Shown: positions 48,703 to 58,833 of the stretch, one piece after another | Layout of the letters: every line of letters starts with the position of its first letter | How positions within the stretch are numbered: the stretch's first letter is position 1 | Source of the DNA: Deltaproteobacteria bacterium | GTDB taxonomy: Bacteria; Myxococcota; Kuafuiibacteriia; Kuafuiibacteriales; Kuafuiibacteriaceae | DNA length: 64,000 nucleotides | Assembly: GCA_040218735.1 (NCBI GenBank) | Contig: JAVJQW010000011.1 | Coordinates: forward strand, 320,001-384,000 | Direction: 5' to 3' | Program-made: the position numbers and the translations under genes | Notes under the pieces: generated by a model | What the model was told of the DNA's origin: nothing | Databases searched by the model: none | Seen by the model: only the letters and a program-made list of their open reading frames with translations

Positions 48703-51700
48703 TCATCGCCGACGTTTCATCAGCAGCGCAATCAGCCCCACGAACCACCACGCCGTCCCATCCGCGCGTTGGGTCGCGCGACAGCCGCACCCGCCGCCAG
48801 CGACGGAGTAGCGATCGTCGATGCCATCGCCGTTGGCGTCGAGATCACACACGTCGCCCAGACCATCACCGTCCGTGTCGAGCTGATCGGCGTTGGCGTC
48901 GTCCGGGCAGTTGTCGACGCCGTTCACGACGCCGTCGTCATCGTCGTCACCCTCCAGGATCGGCGTGCAGTCACTCGGCTCGCCGTCACACGTCCAGCCG
49001 CGCTCTACGAAGCAGTCGGACGCGCACCCGTCGCCGTCGACGTTGTTGCCGTCGTCGCACTGCTCGAAGCCCTCGAGCGTTCCGTTGCCGCAGAGCGCGG
49101 GGACGTCGTCCGAAGGATCGTTCGGGTCGCGCTCACCTGAGTCCACGCGCCCGTTGGCGTTGGTGTCCTCCGCGCCGTCCGCCACCGTGCCGCCGTCGGT
49201 GTCGGCGTTGGTCGGGTCGGTCGTGCTCGAAGGATCCGCGTCCGCCTCGAACGTCGGCGACGTCCCGCGGTACGCCACCCCCGCTCCGTCGCTCACCCCC
49301 GAGGGCACCGGTCCCAGCCCGACCTCGAGCCCGTCCGGGAGCCCGTCGTCGTCGGTGTCCGCGTCGAGCGGGTTCGTGATGAACCCGTCCTGCCCCGCCG
49401 CGATCTCTTCACCATCGGAGAGGCCGTCGTCGTCGGTGTCCGCGTCACGCGGGTCGGTGTCGATCCCCGGATCGAACGCGAGCGGGTCACCCATCGCGAT
49501 CTCGTCGCCGTCGTCGATGCCGTCGCCGTCCGTGTCCGCGTCCATCGGGTCGGTGCCGAGGCTCACCTCCAACGTGTCGGACAGTCCGTCCTGATCGCTG
49601 TCGGTGATGTCCATCGTGCACTGGCTCGGTTCGCCGACGCAGATCCACCCCGGCTCGACCACGCAGACGTTGGAGCACCCGTCACCGTTCGCGGTGTTGG
49701 CGTCGTCGCACAGCTCGCCCACGTCGATTACGCCGTTGCCGCAGGTCACCGGCACGTCGTCGCTCGGGTCGAGCGGATCACGCTCGCCGGCATCGACACG
49801 GCCGTTGTGGTTCAAGTCCTCGAGCCCGTCCGGCGCCGTCCCCCCGTCGGTGTCCGCATCGGTCGGGTCGGTCTGCGTCGTCGGGTCCGCGTCGGGCGCA
49901 AAGCCGGGGTCGGTGCCTGCGAAGAACACCCCCGTCGAAGCGCTGCTCCCCGAGGCGGTCGGAACCGCGCTGGTCTCTACCCCGTCGAGCAAGCCGTCGC
50001 CGTCCGTGTCGGAGTCGAGCGGGTCGGTCACGTAGCCGTCGTTGCCCGCGACGATCTCTTCGCCGTCGATGATGCCGTCGTTGTCGGTGTCCGCGTCGAG
50101 CGGGTCGGTGTCGACACCAACGTCGTACGTCGCCGCGTCCGCGCCGCCCGCGACCTCGTCGCCGTCGTCGATGCCGTCACCGTCGGTGTCCGCGACGTGC
50201 GGGTCGGTGCCGAGCGCGACCTCCTCCGCGTTGGTCAGGCCGTCGCCGTCCGGATCGGCGAGCGCGCCCGTGCACTGGCTCGGCGTTCCGACGCAGACGA
50301 AGCCCGGCTCCACCGAGCACACCGCGGAGCAGCCGTCGCCCGCGACGTTGTTCCCGTCGTCGCACGCCTCGCCGAGGTCGACGACGCCGTCGCCGCAGGT
50401 CACCGGGGCGTCGTCGGCCGGGTTCAGCGGATCGCGCTCGAAGCCATCCACACGACCGTTGCCGTTGAGATCCTCCGCACCGTCCGACGCCCCACCGCCG
50501 TCGGTGTCGTCATCCGTCGGGTCGGTCGAGGTCGTCGGGTCGAGGTCACCGAGGTAACTCGGGCCGGTTCCACTGAAAGGAACGACGCCGCTCGAGGTCC
50601 CCGAAGCGACCGCCGGCGCGCTCGTCTCGACGCCGTCGAGCACCCCATCGCCGTCGGTGTCCGGGTCGAGCGGATCCGTGACGAACCCATCGAGGCCCGC
50701 GACGATCTCTTCACCGTCGGCGATCCCGTCGTCGTCCGAGTCGGCGTCCGTCGGGTTCGTGCCCGCCGCGATCTCGTCGCCGTCGTCGATGCCGTCGCCG
50801 TCCGTGTCGGCGTCGGTCGGGTCCGTCCCCAGCGCGACCTCCTGATCGTCCGACAGCCCGTCGCCGTCCGAGTCCACGACCATTGTGCAGACACTCGGCG
50901 CGCCGACACACGTGTAACCCGGCTCCACGACACACGCCGCCGAGCACCCGTCGCCCGCCGTGGTGTTCAAGTCGTCGCACAGCTCGCCCGCATCGAGGAC
51001 GCCGTCGCCGCACGTCGCAGGAACGTCGTCACTCGGGTCGTTCGGGTTGCGCTCGCCCGCATCGACGCGACCGTTACCGTTCACGTCCTCCGCGCCGTCG
51101 GGCGCGCCGCCGCCGTCGGTGTCCGCCGCAGTCGGATCCGTCGAGCTCGTCGGGTCGGCGTCGACGACGAACCCGGGGGCGGTGCCGAGGTACGGCGTCT
51201 GGTTACCGTCGCTGGTCCCCGCCGGCACGCCCGTCGCGCTGGTCTCGACGCCGTCGAGGATCCCGTCGCCGTCGGTGTCGGCGTTCGTCGGATCCGTGAG
51301 CACGCCGTCCACACCGAGCGTGACCTCCTCGCCGTCGGAGATGCCGTCGTCGTCACCGTCGGCGTCGAGCGGGTCCGTCACGAACCCGTCCGCGCCCGGA
51401 TAGATCTCCTCGCCGTCCGAGAGTCCGTCGCCGTCGGTGTCCGCGTCCTGCGGGTCGGTGCCGATGACCAGCTCGACGCCGTTCGGAACGCCGTCGCCGT
51501 CGCTGTCGAAGCCGTCGTCGGTCGGATCGTTCGGGTCCGTCTCGCCCGGATCGATCCGTCCGTTCCCGTCCGCATCCTCCACGCCGTCCGGCACCCCGCC
51601 GCCATCGGTGTCGGCGTTCGCCGGGTCCGTCTGCGTCGTCGGATCGACGTCCGGGACGAACGTGGGCGCCGTGCCCGCGAAGGGTGTCCCGCCCGCCGTC

Positions 51701-53985
51701 ACGCCGCCGCTCACCGGCGTCGCGCTCACCTCGACGCCATCGAGGATCCCGTCGCCGTCGCTGTCCGGGTTCGCCGGGTCGGTGCCGAAGCCCGCCTCGG
51801 CGCCGTCCGCGATGCCGTCGTCGTCCGTGTCCGCGTCCGCCGGGTTCGTGTCGAGCCCCGGATCGAACGCGTTCGGATCGCCGCCTGCGACCTCGGCGCC
51901 GTCGTCGATGCCGTCGCCGTCCGTGTCGGGGTCGAGCGGGTCGGTCCCGAGCGTGGCCTCGACGCCGTTGGTCAGCCCGTCCATGTCGTTGTCACCGCCG
52001 GGCCCGTCGGTGTCGTCGGGGTCGAGGTAGTTCGGGATGCCGTCGAGATCGATGTCGCCGGTCCCTTCGATCGCGTCCGGGTTGCCGTCGCCGTCGGAGT
52101 CGAGGTCGAGGTAGTTCGGGAGGCCGTCGCCGTCGGGGTTCAGTCCGAACGTCACGCCGTCCGAGAACTCGATCGCCGTCGGGATGCCGTCGCCGTCGTC
52201 GTCCTCGTCGCGGAAGTTCGGCGTCCCGTCCATGTCGGTGTCGACGTTCCGCTCCGTGCGGTCCGGAACGCCGTCGTCGTCGCTGTCCGGGTCACGTGCG
52301 TCGAGCCGCCCGTCGCCGTCGGTGTCGATCGGCAAGCCGCCGTTCGTCTCGATGCCGTCGTCGATCAGATCGCCGTCCGTGTCCGGGTTGTTCGGGTTGG
52401 TGCCGAGCGCGATCTCGACGAGGTTCGGGACGCCGTCCCCGTCGTTGTCATCGTCGCTCGGGTCGTTCGGGTTCGACTCCCCCGGGTCGATCGCACCGTC
52501 GAGGTTCGTGTCCTCGCTCCCGTCGGGCTCGCCGCCGCCGTCGGTGTCGATGACCGCCGGGTTGGTCTGCGTAAGCGGATCCGCGTCGGGTACGAACGTC
52601 GGCGCGGTGCCGGCGTAGGGCGTCCCGAGGACGTCGCTCACCCCGCCCGGCACGGGCGTCGCGCTGGTCTCGACGCCATCGACGATCCCGTCGCCGTCCG
52701 TGTCCGGATCGAGCGGGTCGATGTTCAGGGTCAGCTCCTGCCCGTCCGCGATGCCGTCGTCGTCGGAGTCCGCGTCCAGCGGGTCCGTCCCCAGCGTGAC
52801 CTCCTGCCCGTCGAGGAGCCCGTCCCCGTCGGTGTCGGCGTCCGCGAGGTCCGTGCCCTGGTTGGCCTCTTCGAGGTTCGTCAGGCCGTCGTTGTCGAGG
52901 TCCTCGTTCGCGTCCGGCGTTCCGTCGCCGTCGGAGTCGGTGTCGCGGTAGTCGGGCAGCCCGTCGCAGTCGGTGTCGACGGGCGGGGTGTTCGGGTCCG
53001 CGTCGCCCGCCTCAAGGAGGTCCGGTATGCCATCCCCGTCGGAGTCCGGGTCCGCGAAGTCGTCGAGCGCGTCGCCGTCCGTGTTGCGCGGGTTGGAGAA
53101 CATCCCGATCTCGTGGCGGTCGAGGATCGAGTCGCCGTCGGTGTCCGGCGACGTCGGCGAAGAACCGGCCTCCGCCTCGGCCGCGTTCGACACGCCGTCG
53201 TTGTCCGTGTCGGGATCACCGTTCGTGATCACCACGTTGTCGAACACGGTATCGACGCGCGGTGGGTTCAGCTCCGCGTTGCCGCTGTCGATCGACAGCA
53301 ACCCGTAGAACCCGTCGGGGAGCGGCGTGGGATCGAAGTGCTCCAGCACCACGTCGTTGCCGTTGCCGAGGATCCCATCGCGGTTCGAGTCGATCGTGCA
53401 CCGTACGAGATCGCCGTTCGTCGCCGGGAGCACTTCGAGCCGCATCCTGTAGGTCTGGTTGAACAGGTAGAAGAACTGCGTGTCCTGCTCGACGACGTAG
53501 TCGTTAGTGCACTGCGCCGCGCTGTTCACGCGAGCCAACGCGTTGCGACTCCCGAACCCGAGCGACGCGCCGTTGCCGTTGCAATCCGCGTAGCGGTCGC
53601 GCGTCATCCAACAGGCGTAATAGGTCTGTGGTCCCGCGTAGCGCGCGACGAGGCCGACCTGGTCGTCGTCCTCCGTGTTGATGTCCGCTTCGATCGCTTG
53701 GTAGCGCCACGCGCTCGAGCCGGTGACGAGGAACGTCTCGTACTCGTCGGCCGGCGGACCGAAGGCCCCACCCGCGAGGTTGTCGGTGCGCGGCGAGACG
53801 CCGTTGTTCGCGTCGGTTCGCCAGGTGTCGACGTTGGCCGTCGACCACCAACCGTTGTCGCCGATCGGCCGCCCGAACGTGAGGTCGCTCGAGCAGGTGA
53901 AGTCGTCTTCGAACGCGACGGTTTGCGCGGTCGCCTCCGTCGCGATCGCGCAAACGAACGCGACGACTCCCAGGATGCGCCTCAC
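48703..53985 (-). CDS. Giant Asp-rich surface protein: lectin-like N-domain, TSP3-like Ca-binding repeats, myxobacterial Cys-rich repeats, MYXO-CTERM
   Basis: 1760 aa; signal peptide; many DTDGDG..DG.E repeats; four CG.G.....E.CDD.N...GDGC modules; DNCP...N.DQ.D.DGDG.GD.CD; tail GGGCGC...[15 protein letters not shown]. Confidence 0.88.
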   Translation of the reverse strand: MRRILGVVAFVCAIATEATAQTVAFEDDFTCSSDLTFGRPIGDNGWWSTANVDTWRTDANNGVSPRTDNLAGGAFGPPADEYETFLVTGSSAWRYQAIEADINTEDDDQVGLVARYAGPQTYYACWMTRDRYADCNGNGASLGFGSRNALARVNSAAQCTNDYVVEQDTQFFYLFNQTYRMRLEVLPATNGDLVRCTIDSNRDGILGNGNDVVLEHFDPTPLPDGFYGLLSIDSGNAELNPPRVDTVFDNVVITNGDPDTDNDGVSNAAEAEAGSSPTSPDTDGDSILDRHEIGMFSNPRNTDGDALDDFADPDSDGDGIPDLLEAGDADPNTPPVDTDCDGLPDYRDTDSDGDGTPDANEDLDNDGLTNLEEANQGTDLADADTDGDGLLDGQEVTLGTDPLDADSDDDGIADGQELTLNIDPLDPDTDGDGIVDGVETSATPVPGGVSDVLGTPYAGTAPTFVPDADPLTQTNPAVIDTDGGGEPDGSEDTNLDGAIDPGESNPNDPSDDDNDGDGVPNLVEIALGTNPNNPDTDGDLIDDGIETNGGLPIDTDGDGRLDARDPDSDDDGVPDRTERNVDTDMDGTPNFRDEDDDGDGIPTAIEFSDGVTFGLNPDGDGLPNYLDLDSDGDGNPDAIEGTGDIDLDGIPNYLDPDDTDGPGGDNDMDGLTNGVEATLGTDPLDPDTDGDGIDDGAEVAGGDPNAFDPGLDTNPADADTDDDGIADGAEAGFGTDPANPDSDGDGILDGVEVSATPVSGGVTAGGTPFAGTAPTFVPDVDPTTQTDPANADTDGGGVPDGVEDADGNGRIDPGETDPNDPTDDGFDSDGDGVPNGVELVIGTDPQDADTDGDGLSDGEEIYPGADGFVTDPLDADGDDDGISDGEEVTLGVDGVLTDPTNADTDGDGILDGVETSATGVPAGTSDGNQTPYLGTAPGFVVDADPTSSTDPTAADTDGGGAPDGAEDVNGNGRVDAGERNPNDPSDDVPATCGDGVLDAGELCDDLNTTAGDGCSAACVVEPGYTCVGAPSVCTMVVDSDGDGLSDDQEVALGTDPTDADTDGDGIDDGDEIAAGTNPTDADSDDDGIADGEEIVAGLDGFVTDPLDPDTDGDGVLDGVETSAPAVASGTSSGVVPFSGTGPSYLGDLDPTTSTDPTDDDTDGGGASDGAEDLNGNGRVDGFERDPLNPADDAPVTCGDGVVDLGEACDDGNNVAGDGCSAVCSVEPGFVCVGTPSQCTGALADPDGDGLTNAEEVALGTDPHVADTDGDGIDDGDEVAGGADAATYDVGVDTDPLDADTDNDGIIDGEEIVAGNDGYVTDPLDSDTDGDGLLDGVETSAVPTASGSSASTGVFFAGTDPGFAPDADPTTQTDPTDADTDGGTAPDGLEDLNHNGRVDAGERDPLDPSDDVPVTCGNGVIDVGELCDDANTANGDGCSNVCVVEPGWICVGEPSQCTMDITDSDQDGLSDTLEVSLGTDPMDADTDGDGIDDGDEIAMGDPLAFDPGIDTDPRDADTDDDGLSDGEEIAAGQDGFITNPLDADTDDDGLPDGLEVGLGPVPSGVSDGAGVAYRGTSPTFEADADPSSTTDPTNADTDGGTVADGAEDTNANGRVDSGERDPNDPSDDVPALCGNGTLEGFEQCDDGNNVDGDGCASDCFVERGWTCDGEPSDCTPILEGDDDDDGVVNGVDNCPDDANADQLDTDGDGLGDVCDLDANGDGIDDRYSVAGGGCGCRATQRADGTAWWFVGLIALLMKRRR
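48900..52800 (-). repeat. Intragenic higher-order repeat of the surface protein
   Basis: Six copies of DTDGG...DG.ED...(N/D)G..D..E..P..P.DD; the last four each followed by a Cys-rich module. Confidence 0.8.
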
Positions 53986-54023
53986 GCCGTCACCTCACCC
54001 CCATTGTTGCGCACAATCGCGTC

Positions 54024-55871
54024 CTAAGGGAGCGCGAGCGCGTCCGGATCCGCGGACCACGCCCGCCACGACGACCCCAGCGGCGCGTAGATCGCGGGGG
54101 CGAGCGAGACGCCGCTCGGCCAGGACGCCGCTGCGCCCTCCTTCGAGAGCCACCGCGTCACCTCGCGATCGACCGTCGGCGACAGCGACATCCGCAACAA
54201 CCCGACGATCCGATCGTCGAGCCGCGCGATCGCGTACAGCGATGTCGACGTCGTGGCGCTCGCCGCCCACACCCGTACACCGAACCCCCGCATGTCGTGC
54301 TCCACGACCTCCAGACGCACGTCGCGGTCCAGCGTCCCGCCGAGCACCACGGTGGCCCCGTCCGCGAAACGCGCGAGCTGCGTCGCCATGAATGCACCGT
54401 CGGTGAGCTTCAGCGCCTCCAGCTCGTGCTCGACCGCGGCGTCGCGCTCGCCGAGCCGGTGCAACACGGTGGCGTAGGTGTCCTCGAAGGCCGCGCGCAC
54501 GTCGTCGTCGCGCTCGCGTTCCAACGCGCGCTCGATCGCCGTGCGCGCCAGGCCGAGGCGCTCACCGTCGGAGCTCGGATCCGTCGCGACCTCCCACGCG
54601 ATCCGGTTCAGCCCGACACGCCCGCCGAGGCTGTTGTCGAGGTGGTAGCGAATCATCGCGGTCTCGTCCGCCATGCGCTCGTCGTGCTGCGCGAACATCA
54701 CGACCCCCGCGAGGGTCGTGACGATCGCCGCCGCGCTGAGCACGATCGCCGGCACCGAGGCCTTCGGCTGAGGGAGCGGCGGATCGTCGCGCACGAACAA
54801 GAGCGCGGAGACGACGACCCCGACCAAGAGGCCGCCCAGCTCACCCGGGAGGTCGACGGCGCCCGAGAGCATCGGCACCGCCGCGAGCATCAGGCTGACG
54901 AAGATCCACCACACCAGGCGGCGTCGCATCCCGAGCGGCAGGTTGGCCTTGTAGCGCGTGGCGACGAACGCGTAGGCGCCGAATAGGCCGAACGCGATCG
55001 TCTGCGCGCCGAAGAACACCGGCGTCGTCGCGGAGAGCGCCGAAGCGACGCCGCCCGCGAGCGCGGCGAGCACCGCGACGAGGAGTGTGTTGATCGGGCC
55101 GAACAGCCGCTCCACGCGACTGCCGAACTGAAAGATCACGAACACGACGGCGGCGAGGTGCAGCGCGTTCCCGTGAATCCAGCTCGCGGTGGCGACCCGG
55201 AAGAACTGCCCCGCCCGGACGAGCGGCTCGATGCCCGCGCCGTAGCCGACGATGGCGTAGATGCGATCGAAGGCACCGCCCAGCCGCAACGCGGCGTACA
55301 CGGCGACGAGGACGACGACGAGCGCGACGGTCGCGACGGGCTTCGCGTCGGCGACACGGTCGGCGGCCTCGTTCGCCGCGTCCATGCGCGCGGCGATCGC
55401 CTCACCCGCCGGGACGAAGTTCTCCAACCGCGCGCGCACCGCTCCGTAGGCGCGCTCGAAGTCGTCGTCGGAGGAGAACGACCTCCGCGAGAACTTCATC
55501 TGCGCATAGGGCGTCGCGATCAGCAGGAAGCCGCGCGGACCGCGACGACGGTAGACCGTGGTGAGCTCCGGATACCGCAGCACCACCGTCTGCTCGAGGC
55601 GCGGTCCGTACGGGACGTGGAGGCGATCGTCGAGCACCTCCAACACACGCTGCCCGGACGGACGGCCCATCGCGAGGAACGCGAGGAACGGCATGAACCC
55701 GACGCCGAAGATCAGGAGCACCCCCTCCAGCGGGACGGACTGACCTTGCTCGAGCACCGCCACCAACATGACGACCGAGACGGTCAGCGCCACGGAGCCG
55801 ACGCGCCACAGACCTTGGGCGGGCGCGATCGTGAATCGCGCGCCGCTCTGGGGCGGAGACGGATCGGTCAT
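54024..55871 (-). CDS. Rhomboid-family membrane protein lacking catalytic residues, with C-terminal TPR-like region
   Basis: GQFFRVATASWIHGNALHL, FGSRVERLFG rhomboid scaffold; GAQT in place of GASG and ELGG in place of HLGG. Confidence 0.8.
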   Translation of the reverse strand: MTDPSPPQSGARFTIAPAQGLWRVGSVALTVSVVMLVAVLEQGQSVPLEGVLLIFGVGFMPFLAFLAMGRPSGQRVLEVLDDRLHVPYGPRLEQTVVLRYPELTTVYRRRGPRGFLLIATPYAQMKFSRRSFSSDDDFERAYGAVRARLENFVPAGEAIAARMDAANEAADRVADAKPVATVALVVVLVAVYAALRLGGAFDRIYAIVGYGAGIEPLVRAGQFFRVATASWIHGNALHLAAVVFVIFQFGSRVERLFGPINTLLVAVLAALAGGVASALSATTPVFFGAQTIAFGLFGAYAFVATRYKANLPLGMRRRLVWWIFVSLMLAAVPMLSGAVDLPGELGGLLVGVVVSALLFVRDDPPLPQPKASVPAIVLSAAAIVTTLAGVVMFAQHDERMADETAMIRYHLDNSLGGRVGLNRIAWEVATDPSSDGERLGLARTAIERALERERDDDVRAAFEDTYATVLHRLGERDAAVEHELEALKLTDGAFMATQLARFADGATVVLGGTLDRDVRLEVVEHDMRGFGVRVWAASATTSTSLYAIARLDDRIVGLLRMSLSPTVDREVTRWLSKEGAAASWPSGVSLAPAIYAPLGSSWRAWSADPDALALP

Positions 55872-55918
55872 GGGCAGTCCTTACCAAGGACGAGCCGCGT
55901 CCGTCACCGTCCGAGGCG

Positions 55919-56764
55919 TTAGGGGAGATCGGTAGAGCTCAGGTCCAGCGAATCGAGGTCGAGAGACAAACTGGACGAAGGAGCAGCCGACTCGCCGTGC
56001 GCGGTCGACTCGATCGGGAGGCTCACCTGGACGTCCATCTCGATCGGGGGCAGCAGGTCGATCCCATCGTGAGCCTCCGGGGTGATGTCGCGCGAGACGA
56101 GGTCCATCGAGCGCTGGACCTCCTCCTCCGTCACGACCTCGGCGGCGCCCAGACACGAGCGCGCTTGCGCCACGCCGCTGTCCCAGAGCGCGTGTGGATA
56201 TGCGGGCGGCCCCTCGTCCGCGTCGAAGACCACCCGGGTCTCGGTCGGGAGGAAGCTCACGGGGCGCTCGTCGATCCCGTAGATGCAGGCGCGATGTCCC
56301 TTGGTCGAGAACAGGAGCAGCAGACGCTCGCCGGCGTACGTCACCGAGCCCTCCACCCGGAACGGCGCGAGGCGAACCCGTGCGTCCGGTGCGAGGTTTC
56401 GCGCGCGACGCAAGCCCGCCTCCATGAGGGCCGCGAGCTTTTCGTAGCGTCGGGTCACGCGGAGCGTGAGCGCATCGAGGGTCTTCGCGCCCGCGATCGG
56501 CACCGGCGCGATTCGGCACAACGCTGTCACTTCGTCGAACACGAGGTTTTCGTAGTCGGGGCACGAGAACTCGACGTTGGCGGCCAGGCCGATCCCGTCG
56601 ATGCAGGGCAGCCGTCGGATGTCGAGCCAGAGCCGACCGCGCACCGCGCCGTCGATGTCGGGCTCGAGGCGGACCCCGAGTTTCTCGAGGCGCTGCACAC
56701 AAGTCTGCCGTGCGCCGGCCGAGGCTTCGCGATGGATGGCGTAGGCGGTCCCTGGATCGGCCAT
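55919..56764 (-). CDS. Hypothetical protein
   Basis: Open frame 55919..56917; ATG 56764 avoids overlap with the divergent kinase; acidic C-terminal tail; no recognised domain. Confidence 0.55.
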   Translation of the reverse strand: MADPGTAYAIHREASAGARQTCVQRLEKLGVRLEPDIDGAVRGRLWLDIRRLPCIDGIGLAANVEFSCPDYENLVFDEVTALCRIAPVPIAGAKTLDALTLRVTRRYEKLAALMEAGLRRARNLAPDARVRLAPFRVEGSVTYAGERLLLLFSTKGHRACIYGIDERPVSFLPTETRVVFDADEGPPAYPHALWDSGVAQARSCLGAAEVVTEEEVQRSMDLVSRDITPEAHDGIDLLPPIEMDVQVSLPIESTAHGESAAPSSSLSLDLDSLDLSSTDLP

Positions 56765-56906
56765 CGTGCCCTGTTCATCGGCAGTGAGCGCCGCGTCTCG
56801 ACCGAGTGCGCCAAAGTCGAACGGGCGCCTGGGGCGTGGAGTCCTCGCTTCGGTCTTCTGACTCCACACTCCGAGCAGCAGCGCGTCAGTCTGTGCGCCG
56901 TGGTGC

Positions 56907-57935
56907 GTGGATTGCACTCACGAACGCGCGTTGGTCGCCGAGCTCCAGATCGGTCCGGCGGGGCCACTCCCCGAGACGTTCGGGCCGTATACGCTGTTGG
57001 GGCGGCTGGGCTACGGCGGGATGGGCGTCGTGCTGGACGCGATGAGCCCGTGGGGCGAGCGGGTCGCGCTGAAGCTCACGCGGCTGTTTCTGGACCGGCG
57101 ACAGGCGGAGCACATCGCGCTGCGCTTTCACCGCGAGGCGCGGTTGCTCGCGCAGCTCGACCACCCGGGCATCGTGCCCCTGCGCGACGCGGGCATCGTC
57201 GACGACCTCGCGTACCTCGCGCTGACGCGCATCGAAGGTGCGTCGCTGCGCGCGATCCGTCGGCTCGGTCCGCTGCAGCTCGACGTCGTCGCCCGCGTCG
57301 GCATTCGCCTCGCGCGGACCCTCGCGCACGTGCACGAGAGCGGCGTCGTGCACCGCGACATCAAACCCGGCAACGTCCTGATCGACGCGCGCGGCCGCCC
57401 CGTCCTGATCGACTTCGGCATCGCGACGTTCGTCGGCGCCACCCGCATCACGAACCGCAACGACGTGCTCGGTACGCTCGGGTACATCGCGCCGGAGGTC
57501 GTGGACGGCGACTCGGGTGGCGCGCTCGCGGATCAGTATTCACTCGGCCGCGTGCTCCATACCCTCGCCGCATCGACAGCGTTGGCCACGGCGGCTGACG
57601 ATGATGCACGCGTCGGTCGAATCCTCGCGGGGTTGGACGTGGACTGGTCCGCGTTCCCGACGCGCGGTCGTTGGAGCAGCCTGCAGATCGTCGTACAGAA
57701 GATGGTCGCGGAGGACCCGGCGAAGCGGTACCCGGACCTCGACGCCTGCGCGGACGCGCTCACGGCCGTTACGGCGCTCGACGTCCATCGCGCCGAGGAC
57801 GCGGACCGGCAGCTCGTGATGCTCGCGCGCCAGTCCCTCGTGGGCGAGGTGTTGCCGCCGCCTGCGAGTGAGGCGTCGCTCGCCACGACGGGCGTGCGGC
57901 CGACGGTGTCGATGCGCAGGACTTCTCAGCTGTAG
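56907..57935 (+). CDS. Hanks-type serine/threonine protein kinase (cytoplasmic)
   Basis: LGYGGMGVV, VALK, HRDIKPGN, DFGIA, GTLGYIAPE. Confidence 0.92.
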   Translation: MDCTHERALVAELQIGPAGPLPETFGPYTLLGRLGYGGMGVVLDAMSPWGERVALKLTRLFLDRRQAEHIALRFHREARLLAQLDHPGIVPLRDAGIVDDLAYLALTRIEGASLRAIRRLGPLQLDVVARVGIRLARTLAHVHESGVVHRDIKPGNVLIDARGRPVLIDFGIATFVGATRITNRNDVLGTLGYIAPEVVDGDSGGALADQYSLGRVLHTLAASTALATAADDDARVGRILAGLDVDWSAFPTRGRWSSLQIVVQKMVAEDPAKRYPDLDACADALTAVTALDVHRAEDADRQLVMLARQSLVGEVLPPPASEASLATTGVRPTVSMRRTSQL

Positions 57936-58360
57936 TCGCGGAGCATCTTGCGGAGCTCCATGGTGTGCAGCTCTTCGTTGGCGATCATCGTGCGCGCGAA
58001 CTCTTCGAGGTAGACCGACGCGCCTTCGACGACGCCGAGCAGCTTCTTGTAGAGGCCCAGCGCCTGCTGCTCGTGGTTGAGGCTCTCGCGCAGGACGTCC
58101 TCGAGCCCGTGTTCGTGTGTCTCTTCGATCTGCGCGATGCGCATCGTCGGGTGCCCCTCGAGGCCCGTGAGGATCTCGCCGACCTGCTGCGCGTGCAGCA
58201 GCGACTCGTTGGCCTGCGCCTTCATGAAGTCGACGATCGGGATCCGGTTCGGTCCGGTGACCATCAATGCGTAGTGCGTGTAGCGGACGACACCGGCGAG
58301 CTCGTACTCCATGATCTTGTTCAAGAGGTCGACGGTGGCTTGGGTGTTGAGATCTTCCAA
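57926..58360 (-). CDS. Ferritin-like protein (bacterioferritin-related)
   Basis: LNKIMEYELAGVVRY, ESLLHA, HE..AL..Y, EELH di-iron-type ligands; 144 aa. Confidence 0.85.
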   Translation of the reverse strand: MEDLNTQATVDLLNKIMEYELAGVVRYTHYALMVTGPNRIPIVDFMKAQANESLLHAQQVGEILTGLEGHPTMRIAQIEETHEHGLEDVLRESLNHEQQALGLYKKLLGVVEGASVYLEEFARTMIANEELHTMELRKMLRDYS

Positions 58361-58449
58361 AGTGAACTTCCTGTAACCGCGGCTTCACCTTCTTTGATTC
58401 CGAGTCAATCGATTTTTCTCAATCTTTAAGGGTTTATCCGTACGTAGAT

Positions 58450-58478
58450 TTGACAATTTCGTGTTTAGCAATTACCCT
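58450..58478 (+). promoter_or_regulatory. Sigma70-type promoter
   Basis: TTGACA (58450-58455), 17-nt spacer, TACCCT (58473-58478) in an AT-rich intergenic region. Confidence 0.6.
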
Positions 58479-58485
58479 CAGCAAC

Positions 58486-58758
58486 ATGACTGACGTTCGT
58501 GCGATGGGAATGATGACGGTGCTGATGAGTCAGGAGAGCCTGAAGACGGAGGAGGACGCCGAGAAGCGTCTCGAGGAAGTGGCCAAGGAAGAGGAAGGAT
58601 ACCTCGGCGGTCGCGTCCTGCCCCCCGGCAAAGCGCAAAAGAAGATCTGGCTCGTCCAGACGTATTTCGTGGACAACGGTGGCAAGCCGCCGCCCGGTAT
58701 GGCTCGGCTGCACATCCCCGCCGACTCGCCGGAAGCCTACGGGATCAAGGCCGCCTAG
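58486..58758 (+). CDS. Small hypothetical protein
   Basis: ~90 aa, normal codon bias, downstream of the promoter; start ATG 58486 or a later ATG. Confidence 0.6.
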   Translation: MTDVRAMGMMTVLMSQESLKTEEDAEKRLEEVAKEEEGYLGGRVLPPGKAQKKIWLVQTYFVDNGGKPPPGMARLHIPADSPEAYGIKAA

Positions 58759-58833
58759 GCGGACCGCCGAAAGGCACACTGCGCCCCCGCACTGCCCCGC
58801 CCCCCTTGCTGGCCGCGTGATAGAGTTCGACGC

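Noticed and set aside
48900-53200. Recurrent GTCGCCGTC/GTCGGTGTC repeats as a possible CRISPR or non-coding array
   Set aside because: Degenerate, codon-phased repeats encoding DxDGDG motifs; no constant repeat with unique spacers and no cas genes
49807-54027. 1406-aa plus-strand ORF
   Set aside because: Antisense shadow of the Asp-rich repeat gene; Val/Arg-rich translation expected from the reverse complement of GAC/GGC codons
58759-58810. GCC-GAAA-GGC hairpin and short CACTGC direct repeat as an ncRNA
   Set aside because: Too short and low-complexity to support a call
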